Source: Candidatus Bipolaricaulota bacterium
GTDB taxonomy: Bacteria > Bipolaricaulota > Bipolaricaulia > UBA7950 > UBA9294
Direction: 5' to 3'
Assembly: GCA_023132915.1 (NCBI GenBank)
Contig: JAGLXM010000145.1
Location: 1 to 49,832 of the forward strand
Length of the DNA: 49,832 nucleotides
Made by a program: the position numbers and the translations under genes. The notes under the pieces were generated by a model. It saw only the letters and a list, made by a program, of their open reading frames with translations, was not told where the DNA came from and did not search any database. This document shows, one piece after another, positions 36,080 to 45,172 of this stretch (within the stretch, counting starts at the first letter, position 1; each line of letters opens with the position of its first letter).

Positions 36080-36981
36080 ATGCTGAGAATCGGTAAGGAA
36101 ACAAGGACCTACTTCTATGACCCGCGTAACCAACCGATTGCCCGCGCCTCGGTGAAGGATACCGTCGTCTTCGAAACGGTTGACTGCTTCGATGATCAGC
36201 TAAAGACGGAGAAGGACCTGGCGCACACGATAGACATGTCGCACATGAACCCAAATACGGGTCCCCTGTTCATCGAAAACGCTCAACCAGGAGACATCCT
36301 GGTTATTCGAGTCCTCGACATCGAGCCCGAGGGTCACGCGGTGGCGACTCTCATCCCTGGGGAAGGGGTCCTCCAGGATCGGGCGCCGGGGCCGGTGACG
36401 AAGATCTGCACTATCCAAGATCGGAAGACAGTTTTCAACGAGGATATCGTCATCGAACCCAGGCTGATGATCGGCACGATAGGCACCACGCCCTTGGACC
36501 GAACGCCGACCGGGCTTCCAGGCGACCACGGTGGCAACATGGACGTTCCCACAATGGGGATCGGGGCATCACTCTATTTCCCGGTGTTCGTCCCCGGCGC
36601 CCTGCTGCAGATGGGGGATGTGCATTCGGCGATGGGCGACGGCGAGATCTGCATCGGCATGGAATGTGGTGCCGAAGTGACGGTAGAGATCCAGGCGCTG
36701 ATCAAGGGCAGATTCCTTCCAGGCCCCAAGTAGAGAACGAACACCGTTGGGGAATCGTCGCCAACGCAAGGACGTTTGAAGATGCCGCTCGCCTTGCTGT
36801 CCGGCGGACCGCTGACTTTCTCACCCAACGACTCGATATGCCGCTCGAAGATGCCACCCTGCTCATCAGCACCGCGTGCGACCTCAAGGTCGCCCAGTGG
36901 GCCGATGCGAACTATGACACGGTCGTTTATGTCGAGGTTCCCAAGTATCTGGACAAGAGAGGACGTCTTCAATCGCTTTGA
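36080..36981 (+). pseudogene. acetamidase/formamidase-family protein, interrupted by a 1-nt frameshift near 36718-36726
   Basis: Frame 1 (36080-36733): NPNTGPLFIENAQPGDILVIRVLDIE...GDHGGNMDV...LQMGDVHSAMGDGEI. Frame 3 continues RPQVENEHRWGIVANARTFEDAARLAVRRTADFL...TACDLKVAQWAD. The joined length is about 300 aa. Confidence 0.7.
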
Positions 36982-37077
36982 CATCTCTTGTCACGCGAAG
37001 TTGGGGCGCCAGGAACCAGCAAGGGTAGGTGATAGTGTCAGAGTGTAATTAGTGAGTGGTTGGCCATCTTGCAAGGG

Positions 37078-37104
37078 TTTTGATTGCCGTTTTGGCAATC
37101 AAAA
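37078..37104. promoter_or_regulatory. perfect 11-bp inverted repeat TTTTGATTGCC-GTTTT-GGCAATCAAAA (candidate operator)
   Basis: Lies about 115 nt upstream of the 37220 aminotransferase gene and is not followed by a T-run. Its core resembles the GGATTGC-GTCTT-GCAATCC hairpin at 16487-16507. Confidence 0.35.
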
Positions 37105-37219
37105 TGGTGATAGAGTATTGCCATCCAAGAGGCCTGTACAGAAAACCATGCTTAGGTTATTCCACAACTCTTTTACTAGTATGCCGCAATTGACCGATGC
37201 GACCTAACGGAGGGTTCTC

Positions 37220-38545
37220 GTGTTAAACTGCTCTGAAGCTGACTATTTAAAGCGAGATCGCGCCCTCATCGCTGAGTCGATGAAGATCCGCTTCTTTCCT
37301 ATTCTTTTGGAATCGAGTAAGGGCTGTTGGATTCGAGACACGCAAGGCAAGGAGTATTTAGATTTCAGTGCCAGTTGGGCGGTTGCCAATACCGGATACG
37401 GGCACCCCAAGGTGGTTGAGGCCGCCTGCGAGCAGGTTCGCAAGACCACAATGAACTCCCACATCTCGATTCCGTCGCCGGTAACCGTTGAACTGGCAGA
37501 GAAGCTGGTCGGGCTTATGCCCGGCGACTTCGCCCAGAAGGTGTGGTTTGGACACTCGGGCTCAGAAGCCGGGGATCTCGTCGCAAAATTCCTGCCCATT
37601 GCCAAGCAGCGCCCGAAGATTATCTCTTTCGAGGGCAGTTACCATGGGCAAACGCTCGGAGCAGCGGCTCTCTCTGGCCACAGTGCTTCGGAGAGATTCT
37701 CCGGGAGCACGTTGATGGCCAAGGTTCCTTATCCCAATCCCTACCGTTACGACGGGGATGAAAACGCCTGTTGTGAAGAGCACTTGAGCAATATCCGCCG
37801 CTTGCTGAGCCACTCTGACCACGACTACGCCGGCCTCATCGTCGAGCCGATCTTAAGCGATGGAGGGGTGATCGTCCCACCTGATGGCTTCCTGGAGGGG
37901 TTGGGAGCGCTCTGCAGAGAGCACGACCTTTATTACGTGATCGACGAGGTGAAAGCCGGGTTTGGTCGTACGGGACAGCTGTTCGCCTTCCAACACTCGC
38001 GGGCCCTTCCGGATGCAGTGATGCTGGGGAAACCCATGGCATCAGGCATTCCACTCAGCGCGGTGGTTGGACGGGCGGAGATCCTCGATGCGGTGCCGAG
38101 CGGCCATATGATGACCACGGCCGGAAACCCAGTGGCATGCGCTGTGGGGTTAGCAACACTCACCGTCATTCAACAAGAGGGGTTGGTAAAGCGGGCTGCA
38201 AAATATGGGGCCAGGCTAAAAGAAGGGTTGCAGATGCTTGCCGAACGGTATCCTCAAATCGGCGACGTGCGCGGGAGAGGATTGATGATCGGCGTGGAGT
38301 TGATCGTCCCCGAGACGGTTGCGCCCAATCCCGCGCTTGTGGCACAGCTCTGCTTCCGCGCCAAAGAACTGGGGCTGATCCTCTTCTACGTGGGGACATC
38401 CTCTAATGTCATTGAAATCACTCCCCCGCTGATCGTTGACGAGGAGGAAATCGCTCGCGGCATCGAGCTCTTTGAGCAGGCGCTCGCTGATGCGCTGGCC
38501 GGCAAGGTGTCAAGCGCTGACCTCGCCCCTTATCTCGGCTGGTAG
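37220..38545 (+). CDS. class III PLP aminotransferase
   Basis: QGKEYLDFSASWAVANTGYGHP, GHSGSEAGDLVAKF, IDEVKAGFGRTGQLFAF. GTG start after ACGGAGGG. Confidence 0.85.
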   Translation: MLNCSEADYLKRDRALIAESMKIRFFPILLESSKGCWIRDTQGKEYLDFSASWAVANTGYGHPKVVEAACEQVRKTTMNSHISIPSPVTVELAEKLVGLMPGDFAQKVWFGHSGSEAGDLVAKFLPIAKQRPKIISFEGSYHGQTLGAAALSGHSASERFSGSTLMAKVPYPNPYRYDGDENACCEEHLSNIRRLLSHSDHDYAGLIVEPILSDGGVIVPPDGFLEGLGALCREHDLYYVIDEVKAGFGRTGQLFAFQHSRALPDAVMLGKPMASGIPLSAVVGRAEILDAVPSGHMMTTAGNPVACAVGLATLTVIQQEGLVKRAAKYGARLKEGLQMLAERYPQIGDVRGRGLMIGVELIVPETVAPNPALVAQLCFRAKELGLILFYVGTSSNVIEITPPLIVDEEEIARGIELFEQALADALAGKVSSADLAPYLGW

Positions 38546-38598
38546 TTCCTTTCCCTTGGCAAGCTGGGGGCCGGGCAAGGATAGTCGAAGGCTTAGCG

Positions 38599-39351
38599 CT
38601 AGCGACTTGCCAGTCCTCCAGCGATCTCGCCGCCGTCGATGACGATGGTCTGTCCGGTGATGAACGCAGCCTGGTCGGAGGCGAGGAAGGCAAACAGGGC
38701 AGCCACTTCGTCCGTCCGGCCCACCCGTCTCAGGGGCACCTTGTTCTCAAATGCGTGCAGCATCTTAGGTGTGTACTCCGCCTCCTGCATCGGCGTGAGG
38801 ATGAAGCCCGGACAGACGGCGTTGACGCGCACCGTCGGTGCGAGTTCGAGTGCCATCGAACGGGTCAACTCGATCACCCCGGCTTTTGAGGCGTTGTAGT
38901 CGGCGTAGAACGGATAGCCCATTATCCCGTTGGTCGATCCCATGTTGAGGATCACACCGCCATTGCCAACGAGCATCCGCTTGGCCGCCTGCTGAGCGAC
39001 GAAAAAGATGCCGGTCAGGTTGACGTCCAGGACGCGGCGCCACTGCTGTAGCGTGATCTCCATGAACGGGTTTCGCACACTGATTCCCGCGTTGTTAATC
39101 AGGACATCCAGCCTGCCCAAGCGGCTGTCTAACTCATCGAATGCGCGGCTCACCTCATCGGCGCAAGCGACGTCCGCCTGGATCGTGCTGCTCAAGGCGG
39201 GCAACTCCTTCTCGATTTGCGCAAGTGCCTCTGGGTTGCAGTCCAGGACGACAACCTGCGCCCCCTCGTCGAGGAACCGCTTGGCCGTTGCAGCGCCGAT
39301 GCCACTCGCTCCACCGGTGACCAGAACGCACTTATCCTTCAATCCACGCAT
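38599..39351 (-). CDS. SDR-family oxidoreductase
   Basis: VLVTGGASGIGAATA, NNAG, YNASKAG catalytic motif. Confidence 0.85.
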   Translation of the reverse strand: MRGLKDKCVLVTGGASGIGAATAKRFLDEGAQVVVLDCNPEALAQIEKELPALSSTIQADVACADEVSRAFDELDSRLGRLDVLINNAGISVRNPFMEITLQQWRRVLDVNLTGIFFVAQQAAKRMLVGNGGVILNMGSTNGIMGYPFYADYNASKAGVIELTRSMALELAPTVRVNAVCPGFILTPMQEAEYTPKMLHAFENKVPLRRVGRTDEVAALFAFLASDQAAFITGQTIVIDGGEIAGGLASR

Positions 39352-39362
39352 CCAACCCTCCT

Positions 39363-40160
39363 TTAGCTGGATCCGGCCAATCCGCCGCCGTCGACAAGGA
39401 GTGTGGTCCCGGTGACGAACGACGACGCGGCGCTCGCCAGGTACAACACGGCTTGCGCGATCTCTTCCGGACGTCCCACCCGACCGAGCGGCCGATGAAC
39501 CGACTCTGCCAGGATCGCTTGATGCGACTGGCCAAGCTGTTCCGCTTCGTTAGCGAGCATCGGCGTGTCGGTATCGCCGGGACAGACGGCGTTCACCCGG
39601 ATATTCTGCGGTCCATGGTCAAGGGCCATCGCTTTGGTCAATTGAATGACCGCACCTTTGGAGGCGCAGTAGGAGACGGCATCTTTGCCACCGACCAGCC
39701 CCCATCCTGATCCGGTGTTGACGATGACGCCGCCACCGGCTTTGACCATTACCGGGATGGCCGCCTTTGACATCAGGAAGACCGATTTGACGTTCGCCGC
39801 CATGACCCAGTCCCACTCCTCCTCTGTCGTCTCGATCACTGAGGCGCGGCGGGTGACCCCGGCATTGTTGAACAGAATATCGAGCTTTCCCCATCTTGCC
39901 ACGGTCCGGTCCACTGTCCGTTGGCAGTCGCTGGCACGTGTCACGTCGCAGCGGACGAACATCGCCTCTCCGCCGTCGTCTACAATGGCCTCGGCAACCG
40001 CTTCGCCCGCCTTGACGTTGATATCGGCGATCGTCACCGCCGCCCCTTTGCGGGCAAAGAGCGCTGCCGTGGCCTTTCCAATTCCGGAGGCCCCTCCTGT
40101 GATCAGGGCCACTTTTTCGGCCAGGATGTTGCACGATTTTCGTTTGGCTTGATCGGACAT
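39363..40160 (-). CDS. SDR-family oxidoreductase
   Basis: ALITGGASGIGKATA, NNAG, YCASKGA catalytic motif. 11-nt gap to the next SDR gene. Confidence 0.85.
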   Translation of the reverse strand: MSDQAKRKSCNILAEKVALITGGASGIGKATAALFARKGAAVTIADINVKAGEAVAEAIVDDGGEAMFVRCDVTRASDCQRTVDRTVARWGKLDILFNNAGVTRRASVIETTEEEWDWVMAANVKSVFLMSKAAIPVMVKAGGGVIVNTGSGWGLVGGKDAVSYCASKGAVIQLTKAMALDHGPQNIRVNAVCPGDTDTPMLANEAEQLGQSHQAILAESVHRPLGRVGRPEEIAQAVLYLASAASSFVTGTTLLVDGGGLAGSS

Positions 40161-40244
40161 CGGTTTATGACCACCTCCTAAATGGTTCGCTTTGCTCCTT
40201 GCTGACTCCGCTACGCCGCGCCCTTTAGCGCTTCCGTTTCAGGA

Positions 40245-41393
40245 TCAATTTTCACCGGCATAAGAGATCTTGTAAATGCTGTATTCTCCATATCCACACA
40301 CGACGCGGGTATAGCCGCTGAGCCATCGATCCGTTTCCGGATCACCGGTGTCGACTAAGAACGGTCGCCCCCTCAACGCATCCATCTTTTCCGGGGTCGC
40401 TACCACAATGATATTCGCTTTCCCAACCTGCTTGATGATCTTGGGGCTAATTTGCTGATTTCCCCTTCCGAATAGGTACCCCTGCCCTCCTATCGGGGTG
40501 ACGATGATCCTTGAGGTGCGGCCTTCGAGAAGGTTCAGGAGTTGTGCCTCATTGACGTCACTCGCGAGAAGCTTGTCTTTCCACACGACATCCACACCGA
40601 TGAGCGTCTTATCCAACCCTAGCTTGGACAGGATCGCGCGGGTTGTCGTCCCAGGCCCGACAATGTATAGAGGCTCATCCTCCATGTGGTCGATGATTTG
40701 GAGAGCAATGGTCTCCATGGCAACCTTGTCCCTTCCGCTGCTTGGAGTCTTTGCTCCTTGGACCAACCGGTCCTCATGCGGAACTCTGAGATACCCATAC
40801 AACTTAGCAGTGACGATGCCCTGCCGAAGCGCGTCTTCATCGATATCCATTACTTCCGCCTCGCGCTCGCGTCGGATACGTCCTTGCAGGCTCGCCAAAG
40901 CGAGGTCCCCCGCACTGATCGGGCTTACCGCGAATACTGCTGACTGCATCTTCACTCCCGTGGGAATCCCAAGTACAAGCAGGGTATCGTCGATCGCATC
41001 GGTGATGTCCCTTGCCGTTCCGTCCCCGCCGGCAAACAGAAGCAGATCCACCCTCAGCCGTTGCATCTCTCGGGCAGCACGCGCGGTATCGGCCGCGGTG
41101 GTCTGGCCCGCCACAATCGAACCGATGACTGTGTGATCCAGGCCACAACGTTTTGCCGCCTCTTCTCCCATCTCAGCCGGATAGGTGTAAAGCATGAGTT
41201 CATCCTTGATCGGTTTGAGACGTTCCAGCACTTGCGCCGCGCGATGAAGCGACTGTGGGACAGCGCCCAGCCGCAATGCCTGCTGCTGGATTGCTGCTCC
41301 ATCGCTCCCTTTGAGCCCGACCCTTCCACCGAGACCTGCAACCGGATTGACGATGAGCCCCAACCTCCTCCCGTGATCAGCGCATATTGACAT
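40245..41393 (-). CDS. ATP-NAD kinase-fold family protein (AcoX-like)
   Basis: LGLIVNPVAGLGGRVGLKGSDG and LLLFAGGDGTARDI (GDGT motif of the NAD kinase / diacylglycerol kinase fold). Start taken at the ATG at 41393. Confidence 0.65.
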   Translation of the reverse strand: MSICADHGRRLGLIVNPVAGLGGRVGLKGSDGAAIQQQALRLGAVPQSLHRAAQVLERLKPIKDELMLYTYPAEMGEEAAKRCGLDHTVIGSIVAGQTTAADTARAAREMQRLRVDLLLFAGGDGTARDITDAIDDTLLVLGIPTGVKMQSAVFAVSPISAGDLALASLQGRIRREREAEVMDIDEDALRQGIVTAKLYGYLRVPHEDRLVQGAKTPSSGRDKVAMETIALQIIDHMEDEPLYIVGPGTTTRAILSKLGLDKTLIGVDVVWKDKLLASDVNEAQLLNLLEGRTSRIIVTPIGGQGYLFGRGNQQISPKIIKQVGKANIIVVATPEKMDALRGRPFLVDTGDPETDRWLSGYTRVVCGYGEYSIYKISYAGEN

Positions 41394-41400
41394 AAGACAT

Positions 41401-42990
41401 TCAGCCCTTCTTGCCTCTCTCGGTCTTCTTGAGATAGGCCCTCCACGTAATCGCCCACTGAGATGGGTCATCGAATGGGGCCTGATCGGTCCGGTGCACG
41501 GTGCTGTTGTGTGGCGCTGTCTTCACCCTGTCCGAATCGGTGTAGGCCTCGTGTGCGACGTGCTTCAAGATCTCCACGTACTCATCGAGATCCGCCTTGG
41601 AGAAGGATTCCGTCGGCTCAAGGGTACATGGTTCGGGCACGATGAACGGATGGTGGCTCGTCCAATAGTGCACCCCGAAATCCGCCGCGCGCAACCCGAT
41701 CTCCTCGGAATGGACGCCGGTCTCCTTACACAGTTTCTCCCAGCTATAGCGAACCTGCTCGATACGCCGCTTTCCTTTAGCATAGGGGGCGCTCACCCCG
41801 GGGATCTCCAACATCTTCTTTAAAAGGTAGTTGTTGTTTAAAACCGCGGTCTTGGAGACCTCCTTAAGTCCCTCTGCGCCGAGGCTCATCACCCAGGCGT
41901 AGGCCTTGAGAACAGCAGGCACGACGCCGTAGAAGGCGCGCACCTTACCGATGCTCTGCGGGCGGTTGTAATCGAGGTAGTAACGTTCCCCATCGTAGGC
42001 CAGCACCGGTGTGGGAAGAAACGGGGAAAGGGCTTCGATGACGCCGAGCGCCCCTGCGCCGGGTCCGCCGCAGCCGTGGGGGGTGGAGAAGGTCTTGTGC
42101 AGGTTGAAGTGACACAGGTCAAAGCCGGCTTCCCTGGCTCGGGTTATCCCCAGGACGCCGTTCGCGTTCGCCTGGTCGTAGAAACAGAGTCCCCCGGCCT
42201 TGTGAACCACATTCACGAATTCGGCGATCCGGGGATTGAAGATCCCGGTGTCCTCGGGGTTGGCGGTCATCAGGCCGGCTGTTCGTTCAGAGACCGCTTC
42301 CTTAAGCGCGTTTAAATCCGGATAGCCATCGTCATCCGGATAAAGGGTAATGACGTTGAATCCCGCTGTCTTAGCACACGCCGCATCGGAGGGGTGGGAG
42401 AAGATCGTCGTGATGATCTCATCCCGCTGCCCGGTGTCTCTGCGCGCGGCATGATACGCACGGATAATAGAGGCCGCCGCGTAGATCGCAGCTGATCCGG
42501 CTCCCAGCTGCAAGGAGAATCGATCCAGCCCCGAGATCTCCTTGAGGATCTGCTCGAACTTGTACATGATCTCGAGGATTCCCTGCACCGTCTCTTCCGG
42601 CTGTAGCGGATGAAGCTCGGTGATCTGTGGGGTGCGGGCCAGCTGTTCGTTGATCTTCGGGCTGTATTTCATCGTGCATGTGCCTTGACCGATGTCGATG
42701 TTAAGGTCAAGCCCCAAGTTCTCTTGCGACAGACGCATGTAGTGCCGGACGACCTGCGGCTGCGCCATCTCGGGGAGGTCAAGGGGCGTCTTGCGCCGCA
42801 GCATGTCAGGAAGCGCGGACGTAACATCGCCCACCGCGTCGCGTATCCCATCCTCAATCGGGGGAGGGAGAATCCCCCGCTCTCCCGGGTTACTGAGTTC
42901 AAAGATGATCGGTTCATCCCACTTCGCTTGGTGGAACCGGCGCAAGTTAGGCCGCCCATCGGTGTAGCGCTTCTCGGTTATGCTCTGCAT
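41401..42990 (-). CDS. gcvPB: glycine dehydrogenase (aminomethyl-transferring) subunit 2-like
   Basis: FNLHKTFSTPHGCGGPGAG (PLP lysine motif), 529 aa. Follows gcvPA with a 1-nt gap. Confidence 0.85.
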   Translation of the reverse strand: MQSITEKRYTDGRPNLRRFHQAKWDEPIIFELSNPGERGILPPPIEDGIRDAVGDVTSALPDMLRRKTPLDLPEMAQPQVVRHYMRLSQENLGLDLNIDIGQGTCTMKYSPKINEQLARTPQITELHPLQPEETVQGILEIMYKFEQILKEISGLDRFSLQLGAGSAAIYAAASIIRAYHAARRDTGQRDEIITTIFSHPSDAACAKTAGFNVITLYPDDDGYPDLNALKEAVSERTAGLMTANPEDTGIFNPRIAEFVNVVHKAGGLCFYDQANANGVLGITRAREAGFDLCHFNLHKTFSTPHGCGGPGAGALGVIEALSPFLPTPVLAYDGERYYLDYNRPQSIGKVRAFYGVVPAVLKAYAWVMSLGAEGLKEVSKTAVLNNNYLLKKMLEIPGVSAPYAKGKRRIEQVRYSWEKLCKETGVHSEEIGLRAADFGVHYWTSHHPFIVPEPCTLEPTESFSKADLDEYVEILKHVAHEAYTDSDRVKTAPHNSTVHRTDQAPFDDPSQWAITWRAYLKKTERGKKG

Positions 42991-42991
42991 T

Positions 42992-44389
42992 TTAGCTCAC
43001 CACCTCAGTCAAGGCATCGACCAATCGGTCCAGATCAGCTTTCGTGTGAACTTCGGTCACGCAATACAAGGCGCTCTCGCCAAGCTCGGGGAATTCGCTG
43101 GTTAGGCTCTTCCCACCAAAGATCTTGTAGTTTAGAAGTGCTGCGTTGATTTCCGCCACAGCCTTGCCCGTGCCATCGAAATTGACCCCGAACTCCTTGA
43201 AGTGAGGGGCTGCAAAGATCGGCGCCTTGACCCCGTCTATCTCCGAAAGCTTAGCCATTAGGTACTTCGCGCGTTGCATCACGCCCTCGCCGAGTTCCTG
43301 CATCCCCTGCGGCCCCATCAGTGCCAAGTACACCCCGGCTGTGATCCCCCACAATGCAGAAGCAGTCCCGACGAATTCCTTGCCCTCCTCCCGTTCTGCA
43401 AACGAGGTCCGCTCATAGGCCACATCACCGAAACCGTACTCGCCTTCTACAGATGTCGGGGCAATTCCGAATAAGCGAGACGGATACTCCATCACGTACT
43501 TCTCTTCATCGCGTGTGGCGATGAACCCGGCATGGCCACCACCGAATTGCATGTGCATCCCCAGCGACTGAATGTCGCCACAGACGATATCGGCACCATA
43601 GTCCACTGGAGGAGCCATTACACCCAACGAGATCGGATCGACACCAACGACGCAGATTCCCCCATGGTCGTGGACAATTTCGGCGATCTCATCTCCGTGC
43701 GCTTCGAGGGAACCAAGGTGGGAGGGATTCTCGAAATAGACGGCTGCTGTTTTCGACGAGATGGCAGTTTGGAGTGCCGACAGATCGATCTGGCCAGTCT
43801 TGGCATCGTAATCAAGAAGCCTGATCTGTAGATTTGGGGCACAGTAGTCCCTGATCTTCGATAGGACTGCAGGATGGATCGTCTTAACGATCAAGGCTTC
43901 CTGGCGTCCGGTGATCCTTGCCGCCATGCGGACGGAGGTCGCTGCAGCTTGCAAGCCATCATAGGTCGGCACATTGACGACATCCATGTTCAGAAGCTCA
44001 CCCATCATACTGGCATACTCGAACAGCGCTTGGAACCGACCGTGGTCATCGTACGGCTCACCGGCGTAGGCGGTGAGGAACTCACTGCGCTGATTGATTT
44101 CATCACATACTGCGGGCACATGGTGTTGGTAGCACCCCGCTCCCAAAAAGCTGAGATACTCCTGACAGGTCCTATTTCTCGAAAGGATTCCCTCCACATG
44201 CCGTTTCAATGCACATTCGGACAGAAGCGATTCGGGTAGATTCAGAGGCTTCTTGAGTCGGAGAGCTTCGGGGACATCCTCGTAGAAGTCCTCTTCACTC
44301 CTCGCTCCTACCCCCTTGAGCATCTCCTGTTTTACCCTGGGCACGGAGTTCGGAATGTAGGGGTAAACGATTGCTCGATTTTCGCTCAT
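42992..44389 (-). CDS. gcvPA: glycine dehydrogenase (aminomethyl-transferring) subunit 1-like
   Basis: YPYIPNS...FLGAGCYQHHVPAV...EFLTAYAGEPY. AGGAGG SD 8 nt before the ATG at 44389. Confidence 0.85.
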   Translation of the reverse strand: MSENRAIVYPYIPNSVPRVKQEMLKGVGARSEEDFYEDVPEALRLKKPLNLPESLLSECALKRHVEGILSRNRTCQEYLSFLGAGCYQHHVPAVCDEINQRSEFLTAYAGEPYDDHGRFQALFEYASMMGELLNMDVVNVPTYDGLQAAATSVRMAARITGRQEALIVKTIHPAVLSKIRDYCAPNLQIRLLDYDAKTGQIDLSALQTAISSKTAAVYFENPSHLGSLEAHGDEIAEIVHDHGGICVVGVDPISLGVMAPPVDYGADIVCGDIQSLGMHMQFGGGHAGFIATRDEEKYVMEYPSRLFGIAPTSVEGEYGFGDVAYERTSFAEREEGKEFVGTASALWGITAGVYLALMGPQGMQELGEGVMQRAKYLMAKLSEIDGVKAPIFAAPHFKEFGVNFDGTGKAVAEINAALLNYKIFGGKSLTSEFPELGESALYCVTEVHTKADLDRLVDALTEVVS

Positions 44390-44435
44390 ACGCACTGCCT
44401 CCTTTATCAGTCACCAGGTGATGACGTTTGGTTCC

Positions 44436-44467
44436 CCCAAGGCATCTTTTTTTTCAGATGCCTTGGG
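44436..44467 (-). promoter_or_regulatory. 11-bp perfect hairpin in the gcvPA upstream/leader region
   Basis: CCCAAGGCATC - 10-nt T-rich loop - GATGCCTTGGG, 47-78 nt upstream of the gcvPA ATG. No flanking T-run on either strand. Confidence 0.3.
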
Positions 44468-44836
44468 ACATCTCCGCCGCATGTTCCATACTTTATAGCG
44501 CATCCCCCCTTGCTGAAACGATTTTTAGGGATCGATGGTTACAAGACTAAGACTATCGGATTTTTGATCAACATTCGATCATTTTACTCCAGGTGGCGTA
44601 TCCAAGAGCACTCCTAGCTAAAGCTCCCCTAAATGATACTGGGACCTCGATCCAAATGCGACGACTCTCAACAAGCCAGTCTGAAGGAATCGCTTTCGCA
44701 TCCGATCCATCACTTCCCCAAAAAGCCAAACCAAGTGGCCAGAGCCCTTCCGAGTTGGCAACCTCGCAACTTTAGAGGTACAACTGTGACCCAAAGGATT
44801 CTTAATCTCCGCTATCTTTGCTCGAGGAGGATGAGC

Positions 44837-45172
44837 ATGGAGAACATTAGCTTTGATGATTGGAAGAAACTGCAGATTAGGGTCGGCAAGATTCTGGAGG
44901 TGCAAAGGGTACCAAAGACGGACAAACTTTATCGATTGCAAGTCGACATTGGTGCGGATGACCCAATGCAAATTGTTACCAGTTTGGTACCCTACTATTC
45001 GAAAGAGGAATTGGTTCATCAGACGATCATCGTCTTGGTTAATCTGCAGCCAGCCTGCTTTGCAGGAGAAATCTCGGAAGGGATGCTCCTTTGTGCCGAA
45101 AAGGACGATGGCAGCGAATGTGTACTTTTGACTGTGCAAAAGGACATCGATGTCGGAACTCTCATCACCTAA
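44837..45172 (+). CDS. tRNA-binding domain protein (CsaA/Trbp111-like, OB fold)
   Basis: LQIRVGKILEVQRVPKTDKLYRLQVDIGADDPMQIVTSL...VLVNLQPACFAGEISEGMLL. GAGGAGG SD. Confidence 0.8.
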   Translation: MENISFDDWKKLQIRVGKILEVQRVPKTDKLYRLQVDIGADDPMQIVTSLVPYYSKEELVHQTIIVLVNLQPACFAGEISEGMLLCAEKDDGSECVLLTVQKDIDVGTLIT

